A stretch of DNA of 63,057 bases, counting the filler, from Folioceros fuciformis (taxonomy: Eukaryota): NCBI GenBank assembly GCA_049999805.1. It is 8 parts of 8 records of this genome, joined end to end, with 100 filler letters (N's around TTAATTAATTAA, not from the genome) between each part and the next. Parts side by side here need not be neighbours in the genome. Positions count along the whole stretch, not along the records: positions 35,794 to 50,861 come from JBNGIO010001166.1; positions 50,962 to 63,057 come from JBNGIO010001167.1; 6 more parts are not named here. One strand, written 5' to 3'. The position numbers were made by a program, and so were the translations under genes. The notes beneath the pieces were generated by a model that saw only the letters and a list, made by a program, of their open reading frames with translations, did no database searches and was not told the origin of the DNA. Below are positions 38,841 through 51,322 of the stretch, piece after piece. Position 1 is the stretch's first letter. Each line of letters opens with the position of its first letter.

Positions 38841-41160
38841 AAAGTTGTGCTATAACAACACCACAGCGCACCGCTCCGCACAGCACAGCATGCGCCAAGT
38901 GCAGTGGAGGCAGGCCAGGTCGGACCAGCCCGATGAGAGGAAGCATCTCACCACCCATAGCATGGCGAGGCACGACATGACATGAGATGACATCGCAGCA
39001 GCTTGGCGGTTGCGGAGGGCAACACCCCACGTCAAAGAGCGCACACGGATCACACGATTCACGATCTCCACTGCCGACCAATTTGGTAACAAGCTGCATA
39101 CATACCTAGGTCCGTAGTGTAGTAAGGTCCCGAGTCGGGACAGTCCCGACCCCTGCAACCGGGAGGAGTCCGGGAGACCCGGCCGCTACCCTGGAACGGG
39201 GAAATCGGAAATGGGGAACGGGAGGACACACTTACACGGCTGCTTCCCGGATTGAGAATACATACACTACACAGCCGGATATTTGCTTCTAGTGCAGACG
39301 CACAAGACTTGGCGCCAACCCGCCCAGATAGGCAAAACACCACCGCCAGGGGCCCAGGTATGGTATCCAGCCCGGTGGGACGACCGACGGGAGCTGCGGC
39401 GGCGGTCGCGGGAGCCACCTGACGTGGATAGGGATTGGGAATCCGACGTGTAGGAGAGTGCACCCACGTGGCGTGCGCCAGGGGTCACATGCCGATGTTG
39501 TTGTCTGGGTCCTAGGGCCCCCCGGGAGCCGGGACCCCCCCTCTGGACAGGAAGCCTGGGACCCGAGCCTTGGAAGACTGGGAGTCCTGGGACACAGCAC
39601 CAATTTGCCAAGACCACGCGTGTGTGGCGTGAGCCCCATCGTTCCCATGCTCCTCGGCGCCCACCACATGACCCCATCTTCCTCGCTTCTCCACGCCTCC
39701 TGATCCCGCGTGCCGCCTCCTTTTGCCTGCCTTGCCGCGCTTTTACACAGCAGGAGAGGCGAGAAGGTGAGGTCGGTGCGTAGAGCGTGAACCTCGCCAT
39801 ATGCTCGCCACCCGAGTGTACGTCCCAGGGCCCCCTAGGACTTCCTAAGAATTCCAAAAGAAAGAGAGTTTGGAGACGTCCGGCGATGGCACTCCATGCA
39901 GGTTGTACGAGTGTGGATCCGATCCGGAAGGCCGGAGTGGGGGGGTATACAGTACGCAAATTCCGCGCTCCACTCCTTCCACGAGAGGCTAGCGCTGCTG
40001 GCCGTGGCGATCCTTGACACCCGGGGCTTCGGGCGCTTCCTGGTGGCGATCGGATAAGAGTGATCCACCCTTCGATCAGCCAGGCCGCTCTCATACAGCT
40101 CTCAGGCAGCACCGGCATCTGTCCACCTGTCCATTTCACGGGTGCTGGCAGGCCATGTGGCGGGTGACGCAGGCCCGCGTGCCAGCTGCTCAGTTCCTGC
40201 AACGGGGTGAGCTGAGCAGCGGGCACGGGGTGATCACCTCATCCCGTGTCGGTTTTGAGGGAAGGCCCGGTGGGGTATGGCGACGGGGTTGGGGGAGCCG
40301 CAACAATAATGGAGAAGGCGACGAGACTCCAGGGCCGCGTCGGGACGCCGCGGTAAGCTTGCAACTTGGACAGCGTTTGGACGGTTGAAATGAAGAGCAG
40401 CCTGGACCGGGAGTGCAACTGCCGTGCCAGTGCTACAGCTTTGGACTGTTCCGGCCCCGCCAGGCCACACTTATTGGGACCAGACAAAGCTTGCACCTCT
40501 GAAAAAGAGCCACCAGATGCTCTCCACCATCGCCCCGGCTCCCGCCCTCGACCCCGGCCTCCTTCTTCCTTTTGGTGCACAACGGAAGATCGGATGGCCC
40601 GAGGGGACGTGGATGCCCATTCGCACTCCACACAACTCTCGCACAATTCCGAAAATGAGCCTCCAAGATGCTCGCTTTTGCTTGCACCAAATAACACCCC
40701 TTCCACAGCTGCCCAAAACCAGGCAAGGTTGGGATGGCCTAGGATGGCTTGGGCCGGGAAGGGACAGCACGGGACGGGACGGGACGGGACGGGGCGGCAC
40801 GCCACGCCACAGCAAGGGCTCAAGCAACCCCTGAGCTGGGTGGCTGCACTCTTCAGGCTTGTCAGCGTGCACACTGTCCTAGTGATTCCCAGCCAGCAAA
40901 CTGTAGCAACTCCTAAGCCGGCCCAGCTTCCTGCCTCCTGTCGTAGATGAGTGGTTGGCCTACCTCCAAGGAAGCCTTCACGGGGTAGCAGTGTCCCGTA
41001 AACGTTTTCACGACCCAGAACATTGCCCACGGGGTCCGCTCGTCATAAATACTCACAGCACAAAAATCTCTCGCTTGCTTGCCGACATCCGGAGGAGGGG
41101 TAACCGCATTCTTCAAATATTGGCTGCCACCGCTGCGGGCATCAACTTTCGCAACTTTAA

Positions 41161-43834
41161 CTAACCCTTTGTCATGGTAGGAGCTGCACCGGCTTCAGCT
41201 TCGTCCGCTTGCTTGAGACGCTCAGTAAACATGCCCCACTCCAGCTCGCACCTTGCACGGACCTGCTTTCACATCACCATCATTGGTGAGTTACAATCCC
41301 AACCACGGCAAACCGCTAGCTGTTGCAGAGAAATGAGTCACCGGATACATACCCCCTGCCACCCCTGCTTCCCGTCGATGGCTGGCCCCTGCCCATCGCC
41401 CACCAGAAATAAGTGTCAATCGCCTCTGGATCACATGAGAACACAAACGTGGCAACATCGCCACATGGCAAAGGAGACCAAACCTGGTTGCCCAACGAAG
41501 GTACGCCCATGTGGATAATCCACTGTGCATCTACCACCCCGATCTTCTCATGTGCACGCTACAAAAATGGAGGTCAACAGTCCACTGCTTACTGCTACCT
41601 GCGTGGGCGACATCATCCTGCAGTATTTTATGAAAAATCATTCATTGGAGACCATAGCTTTTACCTCGAAACATCTGCGAACATTGAAGTCTAGTCCCCA
41701 TCCGTGAATAAGGTCATTCTAAAGGAACAACACAAAAAAACTCGAGCAGTTAGCACGACGCTCCAAGTCCCACAATTTGCAACAAGCTTCTCCTCCCAAC
41801 TGTTAGTGTAGCAGACTTTCCACGACAAAAAATGGTAACCTGAATCAGATGCCACACACAACGCCATGCTGTTCGAGAGAAGACTGGAGCCATTATCTCA
41901 ACGAAGCTGAAAACACAAGACGCACATGCCCCAGTAAGACGTACAACCACAGAATTGTCATTGCGCCACTGACAAGGTAACTGCACCAAGGAATGGAATA
42001 GAACCCGCGACTTGCAAACTGAAGCGACATTGACACTCACGCAGCGCATGGTGGCAATTCAGGTGAACTGCACCACCCAGGCCGCTCTTCAGTTGACCTG
42101 AATTTGCAAATGCAACTCTACAATCAGTACTGCTCTCACTTGCCAGAAGCTCAAAACACCCAACAGCCAAATGTCCAGTTGCTGAAAAGATTTTGAATGA
42201 CCTAGAGGAGTAACTCAAAGCGGAGAAAACTCCAGATCCTCACTTGTGCACATCGACGTCACCCCTTCTTCCCGTCATCTTCCATGTCATTCCTTGCGAT
42301 TGATCTATTGCCGGCTGTGAGATGTCAAGCCCATGCTGCTTGACAAGCTCAAGGTATCTGATGGGTCACATCGTGTGACACAGTCATAAAATTGTCAGCT
42401 TGTACACACTAACACCCAAATACAGATTGCTAACATCGATTATTCTGTTCACTTTAAGGAAACTGCAACCTTTTCCCCCTTTCCCTCTCAGGTTGGAGAC
42501 AAGAAGCCTTACAATGTTGCATCGAAATGTTGAACATCCAGGTCTTCATCCCATATGAAGATATACTCATACGGTTCCACAATGTCTGGATGCAAAAAAC
42601 GCTTTGCATACCACCTGTAGGACCATGAGGATACATCGATTCAGGATACAGGACACTTGAACCACAATGATGCTAGACATCTGAAGGCCAGGCTTCTTGA
42701 GGAATCCAGTTGCTCACCACTTAGCCTGCTTCCTAACACTGATATGAATGGCGGTTTTGGACCACTCAAATTCATCCCAAGCATCTGTCTCCCCGTCATA
42801 GTGAAATAGCATAATCATCCATTCAGATGTAAACTGGAACATAATTGACGAGGACAAACATTAGCTCCAACAGTAATTTGATCAGAATTGGGCAAATTCG
42901 TGGAAAGTTGTACAACCTTGCAAGCAACTAACTTCGATAAAAATCAAAAAATTGCACACAGATGAGCAGGGCCTGACTCAAAACATCGCAAACAGACGTC
43001 CACATGCGGAACAACACTACAATGCAAGAGAGACTCGACAATTACCTTGGAGACACACTTGTTAATATTCTCTTTCTGATTGATCCCAACAGTGAAAGTC
43101 ACAAGGTACTTTGGCTTGACAGGCAGATCCTACAAGAGACGACAATGGAGGTTTAGCGAGCAGCTCGATGGGGTTTAAAATTTCCACCCTCTGAATGTGT
43201 CACTGCATTAACACACCGACGACGTAATGTCGTACCTCTTCAGGCCTACCCCACAACCTCCGAAGGTACAAATCCGAAGTCGCATTGATGATCGCATGCG
43301 GCAGGGTCTCAGCCCCTTGAGGTCGTGAATCAGGGACAGGGGCCTGAATGAAATGCAGCGCAAGAATGAAGCTGAAAACAGAGAAGGGCGGCGGGAAAAA
43401 AAATAAAATAAAATAAAAAACCCCTACACCACCCACCCCCCACTTGCACCAGCACAAAGCAGGCACCGCAGGCTCTTCGCCGTTAAACCACGCTAGGCAT
43501 ATACCTTGGGCCATACATTCTCAGGATTGACGATTCGCCCGGGAAATCCAAACTGCCACAACGACTCTGCGATTCTGATTCAATCACTCAGCCAACGCGA
43601 AAGTTGCAACAACAACTGCAAGAATTGTACAAGGTCAAGCTGAAGTGGGAGGCCTTCTGTACCAGAAAATACCCGAGAGAAAGAGATCCCAATCATAACA
43701 CCTACTGCCGCTCCCACCAGAACGGCGAGGGTTAATTTCATGCTGACTCTCCTCTTCGGATGCCACGACCCACTTGCTCGCAATTTGATCCGGTTTCTGG
43801 AGCTCCACCTCGGCTGAGACTGCTTCACTCTCAT
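41161..43834 (-). CDS. DUF707 family protein (type II membrane, putative glycosyltransferase-like), multi-exon
   Basis: Exon peptides: N-terminal TM (LTLAVLVGAAVGVMIGISF), PQGAETLPHAIINATSDLYLRRLWGRPEE (43343-43236), KYLVTFTVG, LFHYDG...WDEFEWS...KQAKW, WYAKRFLHPDIVEPYEYIFIWDEDL, GLDISQPA, PPCAAFVEIMAPVFSRTAWRCVWHLIQNDLIHGWGLDF, EKIGVVDAQWIIH, VRARCELEW. Stop TAG at 41161-41163. Confidence 0.93.
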
Positions 43835-44328
43835 AGATTAGCCATCAGCAGAGGAGGAAGATATGCTGTTAGGGCAGCTACATTTGTTACATTTGGTCCA
43901 GTTGGCACAAATTAGGGGGACCAGGCGAAAAACCTTACCAAAAATTATTGTCTGACGTGTCGTAGACTTGTCAGCGCCTCACGGATCTTTGAAACCAACC
44001 TCCCCCGGGACGAAGCGATGGTGTAGGAAAATGCCCCTCAAAATATCCCATCACATGAAAATGCGCCATTGGTGGAGTTGCCTTTCCAGCAAGACTGATT
44101 TCATGGGAAGGTACTATCTGACCAAATACATGCATAAGGAATGTCGATGGCGACCAATGCGTGAGTGCTGCAACTTACAAATATGTAGGTCTATGGTCAG
44201 ACAGAATTAGTCCGGAATAGACGCTATAGCAGGGAGGGTAGCTAAATTGATGACTACACCAGTCTAAAACCTTAAACCCACAACGCCAAAGCCAGCCGGG
44301 ATCCTCCCAGGCGTGTCTGGTGAAAACA
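43835..44328. promoter_or_regulatory. Probable bidirectional promoter between DUF707 and TTC27
   Basis: Only ~494 nt separate the divergent start codons. A telo-box-like AAACCTTAAACCCA lies at ~44267-44280. Confidence 0.55.
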
Positions 44329-47300
44329 ATGGGCCAGACGGGGGACACATCCCGCGAGTTTTCGATCCTATTGGAATTGCGCCTCCTACGTTGCACTTTG
44401 GGTGCTCCTGCCTCCCAGTCTTCCACGGATGGGCTGGTACTGGGGAAGCTGGATACAGAGAAAGAGCAGCTGCAGTCCCCACCGGCGGATAGGCTGGCCC
44501 ACTTGATGGCAGGGATTGAGGTTGTGGTGCAGCTTGTGGAGAACGGGGAGTATGCTAGGGCCCTGGCAGCCCAGCCGGTTGTGATGCTGGTGGGCGATGG
44601 CAATAGTGCCCAGGTCACGGAGGACCCGTCTGCCTGCTTCTCGCATTTGAAGACGAGTATTGCTGCGTTTCTGGGTGGCCGAAGGCCCGATTTCTTGGGG
44701 TCTGATGTCCCCGTGTCTTCGGAAGAGCTGCAGGCTCGGTCGATGCTGGGAATCGCCGTCGGAATTGCTGCACTTTTGAGCTTCATACAGGCGAACAAGA
44801 CGGGGTATTGATGAATTCTCTGCTTGGTCTGAGTCAGGCAGTTACTTGTTTCTTCTGAGGCTAATTGCTTAGCCAGTGGACGAGTTTCAACCGTTATTTG
44901 TTATGCAGGCCAGAAATGGATCCCCCAGTCTTCCCCTTGCAGGCAGTATGGAGCCATGTAAAGGTAGGGGAAAGTGAGTGGAATGGCTGGGCCTACAGAG
45001 AGCTCATGGTTGATGGCTGCGATCTTCTTGGAAAGTTTTCATTTCCACAGGTTCGTGATGCCTGGATATTTGCATCTGTTCTATTGTCGTCGATTTGCAT
45101 TGTGCGGCAACTGGCACTGTCGATGTTTCAGGAGCAGAGGTAGTGATGCACATACATTCTGTGCAGTACTTGATTCTGGCCAAACTGTTGTTGGTGGCCC
45201 CAACAGAGTCCATCTCATCAGTTGGTGGGCATTGGGAGCCCGTGACCCACCCTTGGTGGGCATGCCGCACTTTACTAGCGCATCAGCACATGTTAGCTGA
45301 ACGATCAGCCTCTTTGTTGGGGCTTCTTCAATCCCTGACGGTTCACTTGATGAACCGATTCGGCACTTTGGAGAAAGTGGAGGGGCTAGGATGGAAGGAG
45401 AGCCTCTGCTCAGGAGAATCAAAGCTTATAGTATCTGCAGCGTGGTTGGAGGCTGGTCTTGTTGAGCACGCTTACAGCCACGTTGACAAAGCAAGGTTCG
45501 AGCTTATGTGTCTGCTGCGCTGAGGAGGGTGAATTCACTTTGTCAATGACTGATGTACAGCTCAATGTCCATTGTTTCAGGCACTACTTTGACCGGGCAA
45601 AACAAGCCTGTGACTTGCATTTGTCTGTCACCGGTGTACTTGGATTCCGTACGATCCATCAGGTATGTTTACCCGATTTTGCATCTTGGAAATGTTGTGC
45701 TCTTGTTCTTATCTTCTCGTCATCTATGATTTCAGGTAGACCCAAAGGCTCAGATGGTACTAATAGCTGAGTCGTTAAACTCAAAGAGAGCAAACGATAC
45801 CCTCCGTCTTTCAAATGATGCTCACAACTACTCAAGCTTACAAAAACCGAGACCGGAGCAAAGTGACATCCTATTGGTCCCGAGGGTGGATAATCGAGTT
45901 GAGGGTGCAGGGATTCACACTGGTGCTGATGCTCAAACGAGTGCCCAGAAAGTTCTTACAGCTATTGAACAAGCCTTGGTTCTGTCTGAATGCCTTCACA
46001 TACAGAAGAACAGCCCAGATGACGAGCTTAAGAGTACGGGCAATATCTACTCATTGTGAACTGCAGCAGCTCACCATTTCTACCCGATTCTTGCTTGGCG
46101 TGCAGTTTATATGGATTTTTTTTGTGACACTGTCTGCCATTCTCTGCAATTAGGCTGGGAAATGGCGCCGTTCATAGAGGCCGTGGACGCTCAACAGTCA
46201 TCTCCCCAAATGGTATCTCTTAGTTGACAACTCGATCAATATTAGTTGGTGTTGCCCAGGTCACATTAACACGCTGTGTTGTCTTCTACGTGTCCTTGTC
46301 ATGTGCGCAACTGCCATCTGTGGTTGACTGCTGGTTGATTCACAGGTACAAGCCTGGTGTATATTGCTTCGGATTCAATGGGAGCGCCGACGACATAGAA
46401 CACAAGAACGATCTCTTTCAATGATGGAGCACCTGGTATTTGTGATCCACTGCTGCCTACTTTTCAAGGCTTGAACTTGAATGACTACCTTCTTGGCATC
46501 TCAGCATTTGGTTCACTGTACAACAATTTCAGGTAGAGGAGTTGCGAAAGGGCTCTACCAAAGTTTCTCAGAGAATGTCGTATGCCTTCTGTGTTTCATT
46601 CCCAACAATCTCAGCACTCCTGAAGTACGCATAAATCTGTCTGTGGTTCTTTTGCACAGGATGATTTGAGTTGGGTGTCGTTGATGAGGTTCCCAACAGT
46701 GGCATTAGTGTTTTTGACCTGAATTGTGAAACGAATCTGACCACATGAGAGTTGCAGGGAGTATGCAGAGATGATGGTTGCATGTGGACTTGTTGGAGAG
46801 GCACTCAGGATGTTTGAAGAGTTGGAGTTGTGGAATAACCTTATTGACTGCTTCAGGTCTGGTATCACCAGTTCTCCCTAATGCCGGTGGATACTACTGT
46901 TCGAGTGCTCAAGGAACTCAACATGTGCCTCAACACCTTTTGTTCAACAATTTGTAGAATGGACCATACTCTCATGACTTTGACCTTCACACATGCAGTC
47001 TGCTAGGGAAAAAGGCAGCAGCGTCAGACCTTATACAAGAGCGCCTTAAAGTAGAGCCCAAGGACCCTCGGCTATGGTACGTGTTTGCCAGTTTCACAGT
47101 CGCGCTATGCTTACAAGGGCTTGATCAAGACTCTTATCCTTTGCTTTGCCATTGGGTGTAGGTGTTCTTTGGGTGATGTAACGTTGAATGAGGAGTGCTA
47201 CATGAAAGCATGGGAGGTGTCTAACCAACGCTTTGCAAGGGCGCAGGTGCCTTGGACGAGGGATTTTTTGAGTTAATGATTCGAGCAGATCACATGAATC

Positions 47301-49120
47301 ACCAACTGTCGTCATGTTGTTTTGTTTGCAGAGATCTTTGGGAAGGGCTGCGTACAACAGGGGAGATTACAAGAAGTCTATTAGTCACTGGTTTGCATTA
47401 AAAACCTGGTTCACAGATCTTATTATATTCGAGCAGATTTTCTTATTAACTCGTGAATTGCAATTGCAGGAATGCAGCTCTCGCCTTGAACCCACTGTTC
47501 CCAGATGGATGGTTTGCATTGGGATCTGCTGCTTTAAAGGTGATTATCCTCAGTATTTGCACTTCCTGCGTTTGATAGTTCCATCATAGCTAGAACAGAG
47601 AAGAAATTCAAGGTGATTAATACAGACTTTCCCTGCAGGCGAAAGAGCTGGACTTGGCTGTGCAGGCCTTTACTCGGGCAGTCCAGCTTGACCCAGATAA
47701 TGGCGAGTGCTGGAACAATCTTGCTGCACTGTGAGTATCTGTCCACTCGTCTGTCTAGGCTCTATATCCTGCTTATTCTTCAGGTGAGTAAGGGTACTTG
47801 TTCAAATCACGACATGTCTGGCTGTGGCTTGCAGGAACATGCACAGGAGGAAGCACAAGGAGGCATTCAAGGCCTTTGAACAGGCGCTTAAGTTCAAGTA
47901 ATGCTCTTTGCTTTTTTGTAAGGTGAACTCACTTGACTGAGCTGATGTTTTGAATGTGCCTTGTCCCCAGGAGAGGCAGCTGGCAGCTCTGGGAGAATTT
48001 TGCTCAGGTTGCTATAGAAGTTGGGGAGTTTGGCAGGGTAAGTATCGATCTCAAATACCTCAACCCTAACCCTCAACGTTTAAGGGAAGCAAAGTTTGTC
48101 GTTGAGGACACCGCGGTAGATTGCACTCGTAGTCACTATGGGTCTTGCTTACAATTCAGGCAGCGGAGGCTGTTGCAAATGTCCTCGACCTGTCTAATGG
48201 AAAGCGGGTGGATCTCGTATCGCTGACGAAGTTGGTTGAGGAGGTTGAGGCTAGAGGGATTTGTGCTGACAACCAAGTTGCTACACAGCCTCTTTCGGAA
48301 GAAACCGCGAGTAGCGATGCCCGACCAGCTTTAGGTAGGCAAGGGCTAGATCTGTTTTTTGTGGATCGTTTTACCCTTACTGCAGCACCAGTTTTGTCTC
48401 TCACAGAGGAAAGGAGCGAAGGACGGCCTTGTCCGTACACACAGCTGCTGTTTCAAAATGTTGGCAGGCTTCTGACGCGGGTCGGTAACAGAAACATCGC
48501 CGCGCATTTTAACGGAAACACTTATCTGAATGAGTGATCTCAGCCTACAGGATGCTGTAGGTAATTGGTGGTGCAAATGGCGGTGGGGAAGTGTATGGCC
48601 TCCTGGCACGTTGGCATAGACTGAAAGGTGATCTAGCTATGAGTGCGGAGGCACGGCTGAAGGAAACCAGAGCTTATCAGGTGCTTTATCCAATCCCTCC
48701 CACCACTGCTCTTGTCATGTACCTCCCGTGATAACAGGAGACTGCTTGATGTTAATCCGCGCAGGGAAACAATTGGCAGCAAAATGTGGACAGCTTTCAA
48801 AAGTTTGCCCGTGCTTCCGTGGAGCTGTGTGAGTTGTACCTTCAACTCTCCATCACAAATGGTGCGGGAAAGCGCGAACTCTCCACTGCCAGGATGCACC
48901 TCAGCAACACCATCAAGCAGGTAGAAGACCACGCATTTCCCTTCTCTGTTATGCATTGCCGTCAAGCCAAAGAGGGATATCCTTACCAATCGTATGCCTC
49001 TGACGCCCTGACCAGGCTGCTGAACGGTTCCAAGGAACAGACGACTACCTGGCGCTGGAGAAATCCCTTGCAACCGTTCAAGAACGCTTGCAGGAGCTGC
49101 AAGCCTCGTGCCAACATTGA
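44329..49120 (+). CDS. TTC27: Tetratricopeptide repeat protein 27 homolog (TTC27/EMW1-like), ~20 exons
   Basis: ELRLLRCT, GIAALLSFIQANKTG, WWACRTLLAHQHML, LSVTGVLGFRTIHQ, WEMAPFIEAV, CSLGDVTLNEECYMKAWEVS, TPR repeats (LNPLFPDGWFALG; AFTRAVQLDPDNGECWNNLAA; WQLWENF), RELSTARMHL. Short GT-AG introns; last exon ends TGA at 49118-49120. Confidence 0.9.
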
Positions 49121-50363
49121 CACCCGATGGCGAATCAAATGGAGTGCTGGAGGCTACCTTTTCAGTTCTGGAATTTATTAATTTGGATTTTGGACCTCTG
49201 AGCAAATGCTCCGAAAAGGCTGCACATGTCTTGATCGAAGAAACACGTCGTCATCTTCGAGTCTGTCCACCATCTCGAATCGAAATTTAAGGAGCTGTCA
49301 AATTTATGATCTAGAAAGTACATTATTATTGATGTGTTTGTCCGTGCTCTTGAAGGAAAAAGTTTTGGAGATTCGTTGAAATGATGCTGATTTACAGAAG
49401 AATATGGAGACTTTATCATAAACAAATGGAAAAGGCAAACCTCATCCACTTATGCCAAGGGGATTAAACAGACCTAGGGAAATGATTTGGCTGAGAGCTT
49501 TAAGCTTTATTTATATTTTTAATATCTCAAGACTTTTCTATTTCAATGAATTGTCTATAGACCCTTTTCTTGGACGTCTAAAGTTATTCTTTATTAATGA
49601 ATAAAACATTCCTATGTTCTTCATAGAGTAAGAAATAAAATTAAAATAACTACTCAATAATATGGAATAGGAAGATTTTAACATTAACCGGAATATGCCA
49701 ATAGTTTGCCAACATCTAAGCTCTAAGACTACAAAGGATATATAGTTGTTTCCTATATGGAGACTATAGTTGTTTTCTTTTGCTTTACATTAACTTGTTA
49801 TTAATGCTACAATGAGTGTCAAGACTATTTTCGTTTTATTTCTTGCTTTAGGTTAACTTATTAATAGCTCCCTTGGCTATGCATGCAAGGTCTAAACTTA
49901 GGCCTTAAGTAAGATAACCTCAACACAAGACATTGGAATGAGGTAGCTCTTGACGTTATTAATAAGCATATTGACCATTCTCATGTAATTGGGAAAAAGT
50001 GCAAGATGAAAGTGGAGAATTTGATAAAGAAGTGATATTAAAAGTAGAAGGTGCATAAGATGCAACATTAAACATTTGTACCACATGCATGACCACACTT
50101 CCATGCAAAGGCAGATCCTTTTCAGAGGTACCTAAAATTCCAAAGGATTCCAAGCATCTTAAATCTTAGCAAGTCAAAACATTTGCAAGGTAAGACAACT
50201 TACTTTCAAATGCGAATGACGAATGACTTTGAGTAAGCTTTTTAAGGTGACTTTTTATGCATCTCAACATGTGATTTGTGCTGATCATGTAAGGCTACTT
50301 AAGAGTAGTGTTACTTGTTTTGATCATAAGACCATTGATAAGAGTAGTGTGCACAATGCTCTA

Positions 50364-50535
50364 GTAAGCTAGGCACTAAAGAACACAATAATATATGCAA
50401 TACTCTAGAAGGTAAAAAAAAGTTAAGTGTAAAAGAACTTTCACTTTAGGTAAGCCAAACACTGAAGAACACAGTAATATGTGTAATACTATAGAAGGTA
50501 AGAAAAAGTTAAGTGTAGAAGGTCTTTCACTTTAG
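50364..50535. repeat. 86-bp diverged tandem duplication in AT-rich, probably TE-derived DNA
   Basis: GTAAGC...CACT(A/G)AAGAACAC...AGAAGGTAA...AAGTTAAGTGTA...CTTTCACTTTAG twice (50364-50449, 50450-50535). Confidence 0.8.
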
Positions 50536-50861
50536 AGGTTGGAAAGGAAATAACTAAAGGCTTATCTTCTTTCGCACATAACTACAGGCTTATCTTTTAG
50601 TGGGCTCTACTAGAGTATATGTAATTAGCTGCACATGACTCTTTTAAACTCTACTTGTTCTATCTAATCTTGCCTTTCTTACAACTTTTGTTATGTTCAC
50701 TAAGTCCTACTAGGACTTCATATGCAGTAGTTCGTGGACTCTATTATGTTTACTAAGTCTTAGAAGGATTGAGTGAACATAACAATAACTTGGACCCAGC
50801 TCGCTAGTCCTTTTAAGTGAGGCTTAATTCGCTAATGGGACTGTTCACTTGGAATCGCTAA

Positions 50862-50961
50862 NNNNNNNNNNNNNNNNNNNNNNNNNNNNNNNNNNNNNNN
50901 NNNNNTTAATTAATTAANNNNNNNNNNNNNNNNNNNNNNNNNNNNNNNNNNNNNNNNNNNN
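50862..50961. other. Artificial contig linker
   Basis: 44 N + TTAATTAATTAA + 44 N. Confidence 0.97.
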
Positions 50962-51322
50962 GGGCACGATCATCCATCCCAGGGGTTTTCCTCTCGCACT
51001 TGAGCGCCAACTTGGAAACATTCTCGAACCTCTGCAGAATGGCCGGAAGATCTGAAATGATGTCCTTGTGTCCCTTTAGAGTCAATCGTTGCCTGTCCTG
51101 TCCATCAACCAAATGCCAGCGCTTACACACCAGGGAGCAGCTGTTCCTTTCGTCGGTGTTCAGCTTCTGAAACACCAAAGCAAGACATTCGTCGGGAAAG
51201 AGCTGCGTGAGGTCGCAAGTCCACTTTGCCACCTCTTTCTGCACGGCTTCGTGCTGCTGCTGCTGCTGCTCCTCCTCCTGTGCGCCTGACGCGCAGGCTA
51301 CCGACGACGTTCCCTGCCCCAT
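50962..51322 (-). CDS. F-box/LRR protein of the VFB/SKIP2 type, 3' partial
   Basis: MGQGTSS start (myristoylation-like), F-box PDECLALVFQKL...CSLVCKRW, then DGQDRQRLTL...RFENVSKLALKCERK...DDRA, running into the gap. Confidence 0.88.

Noticed and set aside
39267..41030. 319-aa and 263-aa minus-strand ORFs
   Set aside because: Arg/Gly/Pro/Ala-rich, no domain, overlapped by equally long ORFs in other frames; expected by chance at this GC content.
15958..50961. Seven copies of TTAATTAATTAA, and ORFs ending in ...XXXLIN
   Set aside because: Always flanked by exactly 44 N on each side, so it is an assembly linker with six-frame stops. ORFs touching it, and gene neighbourhoods across it, are not evidence.
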